Origin: Phoronis australis | Taxonomy: Eukaryota; Animalia; Phoronida | Length of the DNA: 64,000 nt | Direction: 5' to 3' | Assembly (NCBI GenBank): GCA_002633005.1 | Contig: NMRA01000359.1 | Location: 145,430 to 209,429 of the forward strand | Shown here: piece by piece, positions 1-11,500 of the stretch | Position numbering within the stretch: position 1 is the stretch's first letter | How the letters are laid out: each line of letters starts with the position of its first letter | Position numbers and translations under genes: made by a program | Notes under the pieces: model-generated | Database searches by the model: none | Told to the model about the DNA's origin: nothing | The model's input: only the letters and a program-made list of their open reading frames with translations

Positions 1-758
1 TGCGGCTGTCTGGAAACGGTTCGATTACCACGCCTGATACATCGTCAACGGATATGTTCAATGCAATTTTTAATATCGTACCCTCGAGAAGAACTGATTC
101 GCTGAAAAGTAGCCTCGTTTAGTTTCATGTTGACTATTGAGTGTTCGGCAATGCTTATTGTTTTGAAACCATATGTTATTTGCTTAGCCTAAACTATTCA
201 ACGTACTGTCAATGTTTTATGCTAGGCCTACGTCTATGCATCAAGCTTATTTCCATTGAATAGCCACTTCCCGAAATACCCACGGCGCACTCTCTGGCTA
301 TGCAGTGATTACCCACAATGCTGTGCATTCGTGGGTACATCTCGGACTGCGCCGTGCCGCTATTTTACATTATAGTTGGCTTGAAGTTTTTTGTTGCACA
401 GTAAGCTGCAATTCAGACGTAAAGAATGGAAAGCTGAGTAAGGCGCGATAAACCTTCTTCACTTCTCCCACTCGGCTCAGAAGTGAGTTACCTCATCCGT
501 ACAATGCGCGTTTTACCTCCACAATTGAATTGCGATGATTTCGGGATTTGGGTATTCGGAAACCCTTGTCGCTTAAGAATCAATGTTGATAGGCCCTAAG
601 CGAGCTTCTCGGCGTAGCGCCAAGTGGAAACAACCAAATTTGCATCTCTACGCTTAACACGTTAAATGCTAGAAAATTGTAGAAGCCGGTGTATTAACAT
701 AAAGTTTGATTAACGAACCCGAGAAAATTGACACTGTTGCCTAAGTACCTCATTATTT

Positions 759-1899
759 CTAGGCGTTTGTACATTCTACAGAGTCCTCAGAGGGTTTGTC
801 CGGTGCAGTGGTCACTTCTGGAGATTTCTCCTCGCCATCAGACGAGGACTTGGAAGATCTGCTGCCAGCACTGCCTCTTCTTTTCTCCTGCTCTTCATCC
901 TTTTTTTCCTCGGACTCCTCTTTGGCCGGGGTAGCTTTTTCAGGCGAGGACTCTGATTTCTTCTTGAATAACCTCGTTTTTGATTTTTTTGGTTTATCTA
1001 ACCCCTCTTCGCTCTGGTATCCTTCATTTTCCTTTGCAGTTTCATCATTAGTTGATGCAGGTGCCTTCTTGGAACCGAAAAACTTAAGTGGTCCCAAGCC
1101 GAGTTTCTTCGACTTCTTTGGCGATACGTCCTCTTCTCCTGCCGTATCTGCAGTTGCGTAACGATACGATTTTGCCTGTTGAGTTTGAACTTTCTCCTCG
1201 GTCGGCTTGTCGGCGGTTGCATACCGATAGGACATCGCTGGTGGTCCTTGCTTAGTGGCCTCCGTTTTATCAAGAGGAACCTCCTCGAAGCCATCGTTGT
1301 CTTTTGCTGGAGGAGCTTTTTCAGGGTCGGAACTGCAAGAAGTTGATGGTAGAACAATGGTTCAATTTTGAAACAAGGCCATGCTTGCGCTTTGAGTCTG
1401 ATTTTAAGTGACAACGATCTTTCGGAGCGTCCCACGTCCAGGAAGCATCTCTCACATGAGCTGGGAGCTTAGTGGCTAATACCAGTATTGTAAGGCAAGT
1501 GCCATAAAATTGAGGGAAGGCAGCCATAGCTGCATTAACGGTTTAACGCTACGACTGTTTACACAAACATTTATGCAGTAAATTGACTGACAAAATGTGT
1601 GCCGTTGACGGAATTACAAAGATGTCATGTTCTTGTTTGAGTTTGTGCACTGATCACTGCACCATTTAGTCCACCGTCGCTGCATCGGCATTAATACAAA
1701 CATTAAAAATGAAAATCTATTTGTCGCTAAACGCGTTACCTTCCTGCTTGCTTTTGCTGTGTCTGGCGTTTCCTAATGACGAAGATGTACACTAAGACTA
1801 CAGCTATGACTGCTAGTATTAAGATGACCCCGATGGCTATCCCAGCTTGCTGGCCGCCCGTGAGTCCACCGCTGCTCTCCTCAGTCCCCGGCGTGGTGG
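759..1899 (-). CDS. mesh: Second copy of the last two mesh exons (TM exon 1899-1740, tail exon 1332-759); probably the other allele duplicated by assembly
   Basis: Near-identical to 3656-3497 and 3089-2516 at offset 1757. Differences include PGTEESS vs PETEASS and C-terminal ECTNA vs EYSNA. The copies are joined by a single N at 2448. Confidence 0.8.
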
Positions 1900-1968
1900 C
1901 TGCAAAACAACAGTGCAACTTAGGAACTCGTACAGCGGAGCACTTTACTTGCTTATACACACGTATAA

Positions 1969-2135
1969 CATAGGCGGATCCAGTGGGGGTCAAGGGGTAC
2001 GGACCCGCCCCCCGCCCCTTTTTCCCTTGGTTGTAGTAATATCAAATCTAGAATTTTCAAATTGTTGATTTGCATCCCCTTTTTTAATACCCTTGATCCG
2101 ACCCCTTTTTTACAAAAATCCTGGATCCGCCCCAT
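1969..2135. mobile_element. MITE with GGCGGATCCAG...CTGGATCCGCC terminal inverted repeats
   Basis: TIRs visible. Duplicate copy at 3726-3894; same family at 13294-13452 and 49855-50163, truncated at about 51495. Confidence 0.8.
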
Positions 2136-2515
2136 AGGCTGTCTTATATGTTGGTAATTTACGCAGCTTCTAGCATGGATTGGAGGGCCGGCGATTGCAT
2201 TTGATATAATACAGTGGAAAGAAGTGCGACTGAGATCTGACTTCATTAACTTTTTTACGGACAGCAAAAATAGATTGCGTTGGTATCCCTGAGCATAGGA
2301 ATTTTGGGATACAAGACATCCGCTAATTCATAATCCAAGTAGTGTCACTTAGATGATACTCTGCTCGGTAGAGCTAGAAGTGGAGCATATGCTTCATTTT
2401 ACTCGTGTCTAAACTGAAATTCTTGTTACTTGCAACTGGCGATCTGANTATTAACATAATGTTTGATTAACGAACCCGAGAAAATTGACACTGTTGCCTA
2501 AGTACCTCATTATTT

Positions 2516-5500
2516 CTAGGCGTTTGAATATTCTACAGAGTCCTCAGAGGGTTTGTCCGGTGCAGTGGTCACTTCTGGAGATTTCTCCTCGCCATCAGAC
2601 GAGGACTTGGAAGATCTGCTGCCAGCACTGCCTCTTCTTTTCTCCTGCTCTTCATCCTTTTTTTCCTCGGACTCCTCTTTGGCCGGGGTAGCTTTTTCAG
2701 GCGAGGACTCTGATTTCTTCTTGAATAACCTCGTTTTTGATTTTTTTGGTTTATCTAACCCCTCTTCGCTCTGGTATCCTTCATTTTCCTTTGCAGTTTC
2801 ATCATTAGTTGATGCAGGTGCCTTCTTGGAACCGAAAAACTTAAGTGGTCCCAAGCCGAGTTTCTTCGACTTCTTTGGCGATACGTCCTCTTCTCCTGCC
2901 GTATCTGCAGTTGCGTAACGATACGATTTTGCCTGTTGAGTTTGAACTTTCTCCTCGGTCGGCTTGTCGGCGGTTGCATACCGATAGGACATCGCTGGTG
3001 GTCCTTGCTTAGTGGCCTCCGTTTTATCAAGAGGAACCTCCTCGAAGCCATCGTTGTCTTTTGCTGGAGGAGCTTTTTCAGGGTCGGAACTGCAAGAAGT
3101 TGATGGTAGAACAATGGTTCAAATTTGAAACAAGGCCATGCTTGCGCTTTGAGTCTGATTTTAAGTGACAACGATCTTTCGGAGCGTCCCACGTCCAGGA
3201 AGCATCTCTCACATGAGCTGGGAGCTTAGTGGCTAATACCAGTATTGTAAGGCAAGTGCCATAATATTGAGGGAAGGCAGCCATAACTGCATTAACGGTT
3301 TAACGCTACGACTGTTTACACAAACATTTATGCAGTAAATTGACTGACAAAATGTGTGCCGTTGACGGAATTACAAAGATGTCATGTTCTTGTTTGAGTT
3401 TGTGCACTGATCACTGCTCCATTTAGTCCACCGTCGCTGCATCGGCATTAATACAAACATTAAAAATGAAAATCTATGTGTCGCTAAACGCGTTACCTTC
3501 CTGCTTGCTTTTGCTGCGTCTGGCGTTTCCTAATAACGAAGATGTACACTAAGACTACAGCTATGACTGCTAGTATTAAGATGACCCCGATGGCTATCCC
3601 AGCTTGCTGGCCGCCCGTGAGTCCACCGCTGCTCGCCTCAGTCTCTGGCGTGGTGGCTGCAAAACAACAATGCAACTTAGGAACTCGTACAGCGGAGCAC
3701 TTTACTTGCTTATACACACGTATAACATAGGCGGATCCAGTGGGGGTCGAGGGGGTACGGACCCGCCCCCCCCCCCTTTTTTTCCCTTGGTTTTAGTAAT
3801 ATCAAATCTAGAATTTTCAAATTGTTGATTTGCATGCCCTTTTTTAAAATCCTTGATTCGACCCCTTTTTTAAGAAATCCTGGGTCCGCCCCTGTATAGG
3901 ATGTCTTATGATGGTAATTTACACAGCTTCTAGCATCGATTGGAGGGCCGGCATTTGATATAACACAGTGGAAAGACGTGCGACTGAGATCTGACTTCAT
4001 TAACTTTTTACAGACAGCGAAAATCGCCTGCGTGGGTATCCCTGAGCATAGGAATTTTGGGATACAAGACATCCGCTAATTCAGAATCCAAGTAGTGTCA
4101 CTTAGAGTGATACCCTGCTCGGTAGAGTTAGAAGTGGAGCATATGCTTCATTTTACTCGTGTCTATGAGAAACTGAAATTCTTGTTACTTGCAGCTGGAG
4201 ATCTGACCGCTTTCTCTCAATCATTTGTTTAAAGACCCCTCCCTCTCTCTCTATCTTTCTATCTCTTCCCCTCTCTCTTCGTAAAAAGTTAGTTGTTTTG
4301 TTTTATGATAAATTTTCACTGTAGAATTAGCATCTCAAAGTCAATTCATACCACATCAAGCGAACTAAGATAAAGACACGTACAATCGCCTCCGACACTT
4401 TACCGGGGGTCGCTACAGCAGACAAATGTGGTTATAGCACTGACGTTTATTTAAAATATTTTTGTTTTAATAATGTTCGCACGAGATTAGATCATGTCAT
4501 CCATGCTGTTATTTCCTCTATTATGTAGTGCAAAATGCTCCTGGACAAAATAATCCCTGTGACCACGGAACTAACAAGAATGATATTCATAACCAACTCC
4601 CTGGTTATTGGTAAACAAGTGATAATGCTCGCTGCAGAGACGAGGTCAAGGAAAACTGCTGACCCAGAGAACTTGAAACTCCTTGACGGTGTTTTATTGC
4701 GCTCTTCATCCTGTGCACTTTTGTTCCATTGAATTAGTGCAACACATCATTATTCGAGTTTATTTATGAAAAACAGGTTGGCGTGTGGCGCAATTGGAGA
4801 CAATTCGAACACATTCTTTTAGGACTTTAAAAGCCGTTTTAACTTAAAACTAAACAATTCGCATATAGGTGAAATACGGGATAGAAAATAACTCTGAAAT
4901 AGCCGGTGTTCACCGAGGTATGCTGAATTGATTCGAATGGCCAAAATTCGAAAAGCACTGATAATGAGGTTTCGGAATTGAGTTATTTTAGGCCTATACT
5001 TTATTTTAATATTGAATTGTGCAGGCCACGGTCTGGTGACCAAACAAGTTTTTCTTTCAAAATCCGTACTGCATATCTTTGCAAGAGTTAATTAGGATTA
5101 TCAGGAGTGACACATTGTTCTTTGCACGATGAACGACGTCACTCTCGCTGATTTTTCCATACTGTTGGAGGTTTGCGCGCATGCGTTATACCACTGTGAC
5201 CATCGTTGTCAGGGATTAATGTCCCATTGGTTAAACGGATAACAATTCGAACACAGTCAGAAGGTCAAATTTCATGACCGTCTAGCCACCTATGTAATCT
5301 ATGACCCAGATCATGTGCCGTTCCGTTTGACAATGTTTAAACAGGATCATCGACAAAGTACACAACTCTGTATTTGATGGGTAACGACAATAACGAATAT
5401 CACCTATGCTTAGGTGTATGTAAATTTGCACGAAGCAAGATCCGTGCAGGGCTGCTCCAACTGCGTACGCAAGAGAATTCGTGTGTGTGTTTTAATATTT

Positions 5501-8500
5501 CTAGCTTTGTCATTCATGTGAAGCAAAAGCAAACGAAAACTGACAAACGTGAATTAAGTTTTATCTCTTACGAAGACGATGATATAGCCCCAAGAGGCTT
5601 CCCCGACTATGTGGAAAATTTTGGCTTTTACTGTTTCAAGCTGAGTGGCCGAGTAAATTAACTTTATGTTTTTCATCATTAATGTTAAAATATTAGTTAT
5701 CATTATCGTTGGTTTTGAGTAAGGAGTCCATACAAAAACTGAACTATACTCACGTCCTTTTCAAGTCCAGTGTGAGGGAGTTGTCACGTCTATGAATTGT
5801 TAAGGGGGCATTTTGCCGCTGTTAACTGTCATTGTTGAATTTTTTAACTGGTACGCTTCAGTGGGGTTCAAATATGCTCATTACCAAGCTCGGATCTCGA
5901 ATTGCTACCGAATGAGCCAGAATGATCGCGATTTCTTGGGTCCCTGATGGTTCCGCTTGTCGATAACGGAAATAAATTAAATACTACCATCAGTGGTAAC
6001 GAATATTATGTGATCGATTTGATGACAGTAAAAGCTGTAATTCGATTTTCGTTCTTTGGCCAGTTAAACCCCGCAAAATGCAGCTTTGATAAATCAGATG
6101 AATATTCGTCATAACATGTATGAGTCACAGAGCATCTTTACAGTTTCCTGGCCTCGCTAGTCAAAACTAAGCAGTAGCAACGTTTTTGACCCAGTCGCAA
6201 TTTGTTACAAAACAGCCGCTGCATCAGTTGCGTGAATAATGTCAACCCGTAATATTGAGTGGATTTCAGGATCTGATGACCTGAATGAAGCTAGTCGGAG
6301 AACAGCTTTTCTGAAATGCGGGTGCGGATACACGCTATGCACGTTAGACATTACAAAGACAAAAATAAAACTATTTGCCGAGTGAAAGAATATAAATCGG
6401 GTTCACACTTGAAAAATGCAGTCGAGAATATCATAAGCAGTGTCCGATCACATCATATACCAAATTATTATAATGAAAAGTTTTTGAAACATCTCAAATA
6501 ACGGTTATATCACACAACTGATACCCACGAGAATGTACAGTACGCAATGAATGAGACCGAATCGATTGGCACGCCTACATTGCATGCCAAATTAGCTATT
6601 ACTGTCAAGCCAAAGAACGCTCATAAATTAGCTAAGAGTGGTTAAAGATCAGATCTACACCTACTTGTAAGCCTGTCACTCATCACTCCCCTCGCTCTCC
6701 ACCTTACTTAGTATCTATATATGTGCCGCGTACTATCTAAACGGTAGCGTGTAACCAGGTGTGAGTTTGTCTAATCGATAAAACAACGAGGTCAAACGCC
6801 ACAGCGTCGGTAAGCCATTGTGGCGAGACAAAAAATAACAATATACCTTGTGCTTTCTCGGAGACCCATGCAAACGTGAGCTATACTTTCATTTCTGTTT
6901 GTACAATACGCGTATGCTGCAGTGAAGGACGGCTTGTAAGATCAAGCACGCTGTGAACTTCAGAGACGGAACTCCGCCTTATTCTCAGGTCATATCAAAT
7001 TCGATCACCAGATAGGATTAGAAGTTAACAATGCCATGAGGATAAAAAAGAGACACTTTCAGAAACGGCAAGAGGTACCGGCATTGAGTTATCGACAAAG
7101 TAGACAGATAATATAACTTGCAGCGACATGTCCTTTAGTTTCCTCGACAGATTTTATTTGCATAGGCTACCAATCCGCGTTCCGCAAATGAAAAATTGAA
7201 AAATTTCTCTCATTGTCTTCCGTTGAGAAGGAGCTTTTTGTCTTGCAAGGAATGGCGACTCGTTATTAGTTGAGACCATGCCCGGCTCATGAAATGACCC
7301 GTTTCCTAGACGCAACTACGCTCGCGAAAACGAAAGATGACGAATTCTTCGCCAGATATCGCCATACATTACAAGCCCATGATCACCTAAGTTAACCTTA
7401 ACCTATTGGCTAGATTCTTGCGCTGATTGAACTCAGCCATGGTCTCCAGCAGTGGCAAACTGACAGTTCTTTCCAAGCTCGACTAAGGAGCAGTTTAACT
7501 TGAGACCAATCTCATATATGTAGCTGTAACGTCCCAAAGCTGGAGATAGTTTTGGTGACGGAAAAGTCAATAGCCCCTTTCGGCTCTGCAAGAAAAGATC
7601 TCTATGAAGTACATTGTATACTCCTTCCTTTTGTTTTTACCAACTTAAAACACACAGTGTGTCTCATCAGTCAAAAGATGCCAGTCGGCTTGGAATATAT
7701 GTTTTTTGCAACTAACAGACCTCGTTAAGTTCAATTTATGTATACTACGGGTTTTTGTCATCATAATTTTTCAAATTCATTAAGAGTGCTCAGTTTATTT
7801 TGAACAGAAGTTCATGTCGTGTAAAAAGAAAACAACATTCGGGATTAACTCTGGACTAGACTTGTTTGCATTGAAACTCGATTGTTTTACTAAATTTAAA
7901 TGCAATGAATAATTTACCTCTGGTATTTTAAAAAGGGATGTTATCATTTTTACGGCCGAAAAACATTCGGGGATTATTGTTGGAAGGGATAACTTCATGA
8001 CGTTAACTTTGAACAGAGCAATGAAAGAACAAAATCCGTTGTAATTTTGTGGCTTTATTACAAATCGACAATTCTCGCCGTTGCGGCCCGGCTAGACATT
8101 AGTTGAAATCAAACCGTGTGTCTTCACTCATTAAATATGCTTACAACATTCAGTATGGAATTCCATAGTATGGACTTCCAAGACTTTCAATGTATGAAGC
8201 GCCAAAGGGTTCTTAAACGAGTAATTTTTGCGCTTTGAAATGTGCTTAAACGCGTACTGTTGCTTAATCTACGAGACTGTACTTTTGCTTAATTTACGTG
8301 TACTTTTGCTTAATCTACGTGCGTAATTTTGCTTAATCTATGTGTATTTTTACTTAATTTACTCGTGCTTTTGCTTAATCTTTGCGTAGTTTCAAGCTAC
8401 GCGTACTATTACTTAATCTACGCGTACTTTTAGTTCTTAAACAATCATTGTTCTGCTCTAAACAACTAATTTGAGAGCACGGGCGTGATTGGACTATATG

Positions 8501-11500
8501 AACTGATTAAAAGTACGCCTAGGTTAAGCCAAACTACGCGTTCATTAAGCAGATTTCAACACGCAAGAAGTTACTCGTTTAAGAACCCTTTGGCGCTTCA
8601 TAATCTATCACTGCTTGTATTAAATGACGCGTTAATTCGGTTTATGGTATTCATTTTTAGTTTGTAAATACGACCGATTGGTCATTCCATTTATGTGTGA
8701 ACTCAAATTCTGGCAGGAGTGGTGGAATCCGTTACTTATTGCTGTTTTGCGGCGGCGCAGCACTGAAAAAAGTGGGGGGAGGGGGCTAACCCCCCCCCTC
8801 AGCCCCCTATGGTGCGCCGCCCATGTCATAGCCTGACTTATTACAGTCGGGCAGTAGTTGATACATGCAACGTTATGGACTCAGATAAGACCAATGTGGT
8901 TGAGTGGGATCGAGCGGTCGGTGGTGAGATCGCTCAGTTTCAGAGATGAAACACCACACAGGGCTATATAATCTGCACAATGCGCGTACCCAGGCTGAAA
9001 AATGGGGGGGTTCGAATTTTGGAGAATATGAGCCTTTTATTAAGATTCACGGGTACCTTTAGAGCTATGAACTGTGCATTCGCGGAATTTTGGTAATTCC
9101 TGGTTTTTTAGTGGACTTTTGTCTCGTTTTCTACTTTTTTCAGAGGTTTTGTTTCTCTGAGGCGGACCTCTTTGACCGCTTCGCCTGATGAGGGGTTCGT
9201 TCGAGCCTCGCGTGCTCCCCTGGGTACGCGCAAGATCTGATAATTCAACCTCTTTGGCATTCCTTTTTGGGCCAATCGTGGAAATCTGATGCCCTGACAA
9301 TATTCAATTAACATATGGGATGAACTCAGCATCCACCTGTCATTACGTCAGTTTATTAGCTATCGTTGATTTGACCGAGTTATTGGATTTCGAGTTAAGA
9401 GATTGGTCTGCGCCACTACCTGTGGGATAAATGCACTGTAGCAACGAGTAACAGCGAAACCGAACATCACGTGACCTCAACAATTTAGCGGATCACGGGA
9501 ATTTCAATAAATTACCGTAAGTTTAACCAAGGTTAGACAAGAAACACCCTAAACACCTCTACAGAGAGAATTAATGAATTGTTTAAATACATACATAAAC
9601 AAGCTTTTAAAACTGCGTTGACATATAAAATCCTTGCGCACTAACAAATGAATGTCTTGGAATTTCATAATTCTGCATTCCAATACAATTTGCGTTCAGC
9701 TATGGAATTCCAAGCCTATCAGTTGTTAGCGCGTTCGGGTTTTACTCGTTAGCGCGTCAGGCGAAGGATTTCTGTGCCCATGAACATTCACATTCACCAG
9801 TAGTCAACGGGTTGATTATCAAAACGTGTACAGCAATAAACACTACCACTTGACCCTTCCATTTATGCGCCGTGAATTTGATTCAACAGATTTTAGCAGA
9901 CCATGCGCTCACCCACGAGTCTTCCAAATTTGGCGAACTAGACAAAAAGGTCCGCCTTAGAAAAACGAAAACTCCGAAATAAAGTAGAAAACGAGACAAA
10001 AGTCCACTAAAAAGCAGGAACTGCCAAACGTCGACGAATGCACAATTCATGGCTCTGAACGCACCCCGTGAAACTTAGTAAAAGGTCCACATTCTCAAAA
10101 AAAATCCAGCCCCCCTCCCAATTTTTAAGACTGGCTGCGCGCATGCAGACGTTATCAGAATCCGCTTCTCATTGCTGTCTTGCTGACACTGTAGGATGGG
10201 AATTGGTCCTAGAGAGAACCGTGACAGAATTTATGGCACTGACCTGTTGGTGATGTGTTTGTTACGAATTCCCTTTTGTAGGCCAATCATGGAAGTCTGA
10301 TGCTCGAAAAAATATCCAGTACTAACAGGGATTAACTCAGAATTGCCATATCATTACGACAGTTTGTAAGTTCACTACTGTTGATTTGACCGGGTTGTTG
10401 GAATTCAAAATTAGTGACTGATTTGGATTATTGCATCTAGCATAATTATATTAATAACGGTGAAGTACCGCATGTAGGGCATCAAAATTCCTGTCTGATA
10501 AATCATAAGTTTTGAATAGCAGCATTGTGACATACCAGAAAAACGGCACATAATATAACACATCTAGTACCAAGCAAATTATCGTGTTGTATAATACCTG
10601 TGAATAATTTCATTACAGTCCTAGATAATGGGTGCTGGCATAGATCAACACGCTTACGTGTATACGGGCACCCCTACGCGTTAACAACTGGTAGATTTGG
10701 AATATCATATTCAACTGCTACTGGTGGGCACGATGCCGCGCTGTAGCAATTACTTTTCTCGCCAAGAACGTCCCTTTAACTGAACGTTAAGTAGGAAATA
10801 ACATTGATCACTGGCTTGTACATGTATCGCTGAAGTCAGACAAAGTACTAACTCTCAACATAGGATTGCTGGCGAAAATGACACCTTCAGTTTGCGAACA
10901 GATCGTTTCGTGTTTCGTCAGTGAAACTGTTATAGCGCTTCGCTTCTCGCGGACCTGTAACAACTGCCCAAAACGATAGTCTTTTCGCTACCATTTTCAC
11001 TTGTAGCAAAAGCACCCATTAATGCAGACGGTTACGAGAGTCACTTTTGACTTTTGCACTGAGGCGATTTAAGTTACTTCAAAACAGATGAGGTTTTCGC
11101 TAGCACTTTTGCAGCCAGACCGCTTACTTCAAGGGTCACGCGTGTGCAGGGTAAAGAGCCCTTTGTTTCATTGTTGTCATGGCAGAGTGAACGTGCTTTG
11201 ACATCAATTTTCGGGTGGTTATGAGATAACTGACAACTAAAATGACCCCTACGTGAACAGCTCGCCTGTTTGTCTAAACGCAAGCGTTTTTGCTAGTTGC
11301 CAGTGAAAGTGCGTTTTTGGTAATTATGAGAATCAAGAATAATTTAGCTTTGTCTACACATTTCAATTGCCCTATACGTTTTGATTTACGAAGACGTATA
11401 CGACATTCGGACTTCGTGGATAATGGTTCAGTATGGGAATTCTGCTTAGTGCGTCGAACGAAACTGGAGTGAAACTGGTCGTGTTCCCTCTGAAGCGAAA

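Larger units (their letters stand above)
692..4206. repeat. Apparent tandem duplication 692-2447 / 2449-4206 joined by a single N (probable haplotype-overlap artefact)
   Basis: Directly visible near-identical copies with scattered SNPs and small indels; N at 2448 lies exactly at the junction. Confidence 0.9.

Noticed and set aside
1-350. TACCCACAATGC (ZNF143-like) motif and a possible ORF running off the left edge
   Set aside because: Too little context, and such motifs are common in transposon ends.
796-1161. 121-aa plus-strand ORF (also 2553-2918)
   Set aside because: Antisense shadow of the low-complexity mesh tail exon.
4492-4710. Hydrophobic minus-strand reading frame (DEERNK..IILVSSVVTGIIL..AWMT*) as an alternative TM/GPI exon of mesh
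   Set aside because: The nearest AG gives phase 0 whereas the Sushi exon ends in phase 1, and there is no polypyrimidine tract.
8245-8435. Regularly spaced ~22-bp repeats suggestive of a CRISPR array
   Set aside because: The units are head-to-tail with no unique spacers, lie inside a TIR element in an animal intron, and no cas genes are present.
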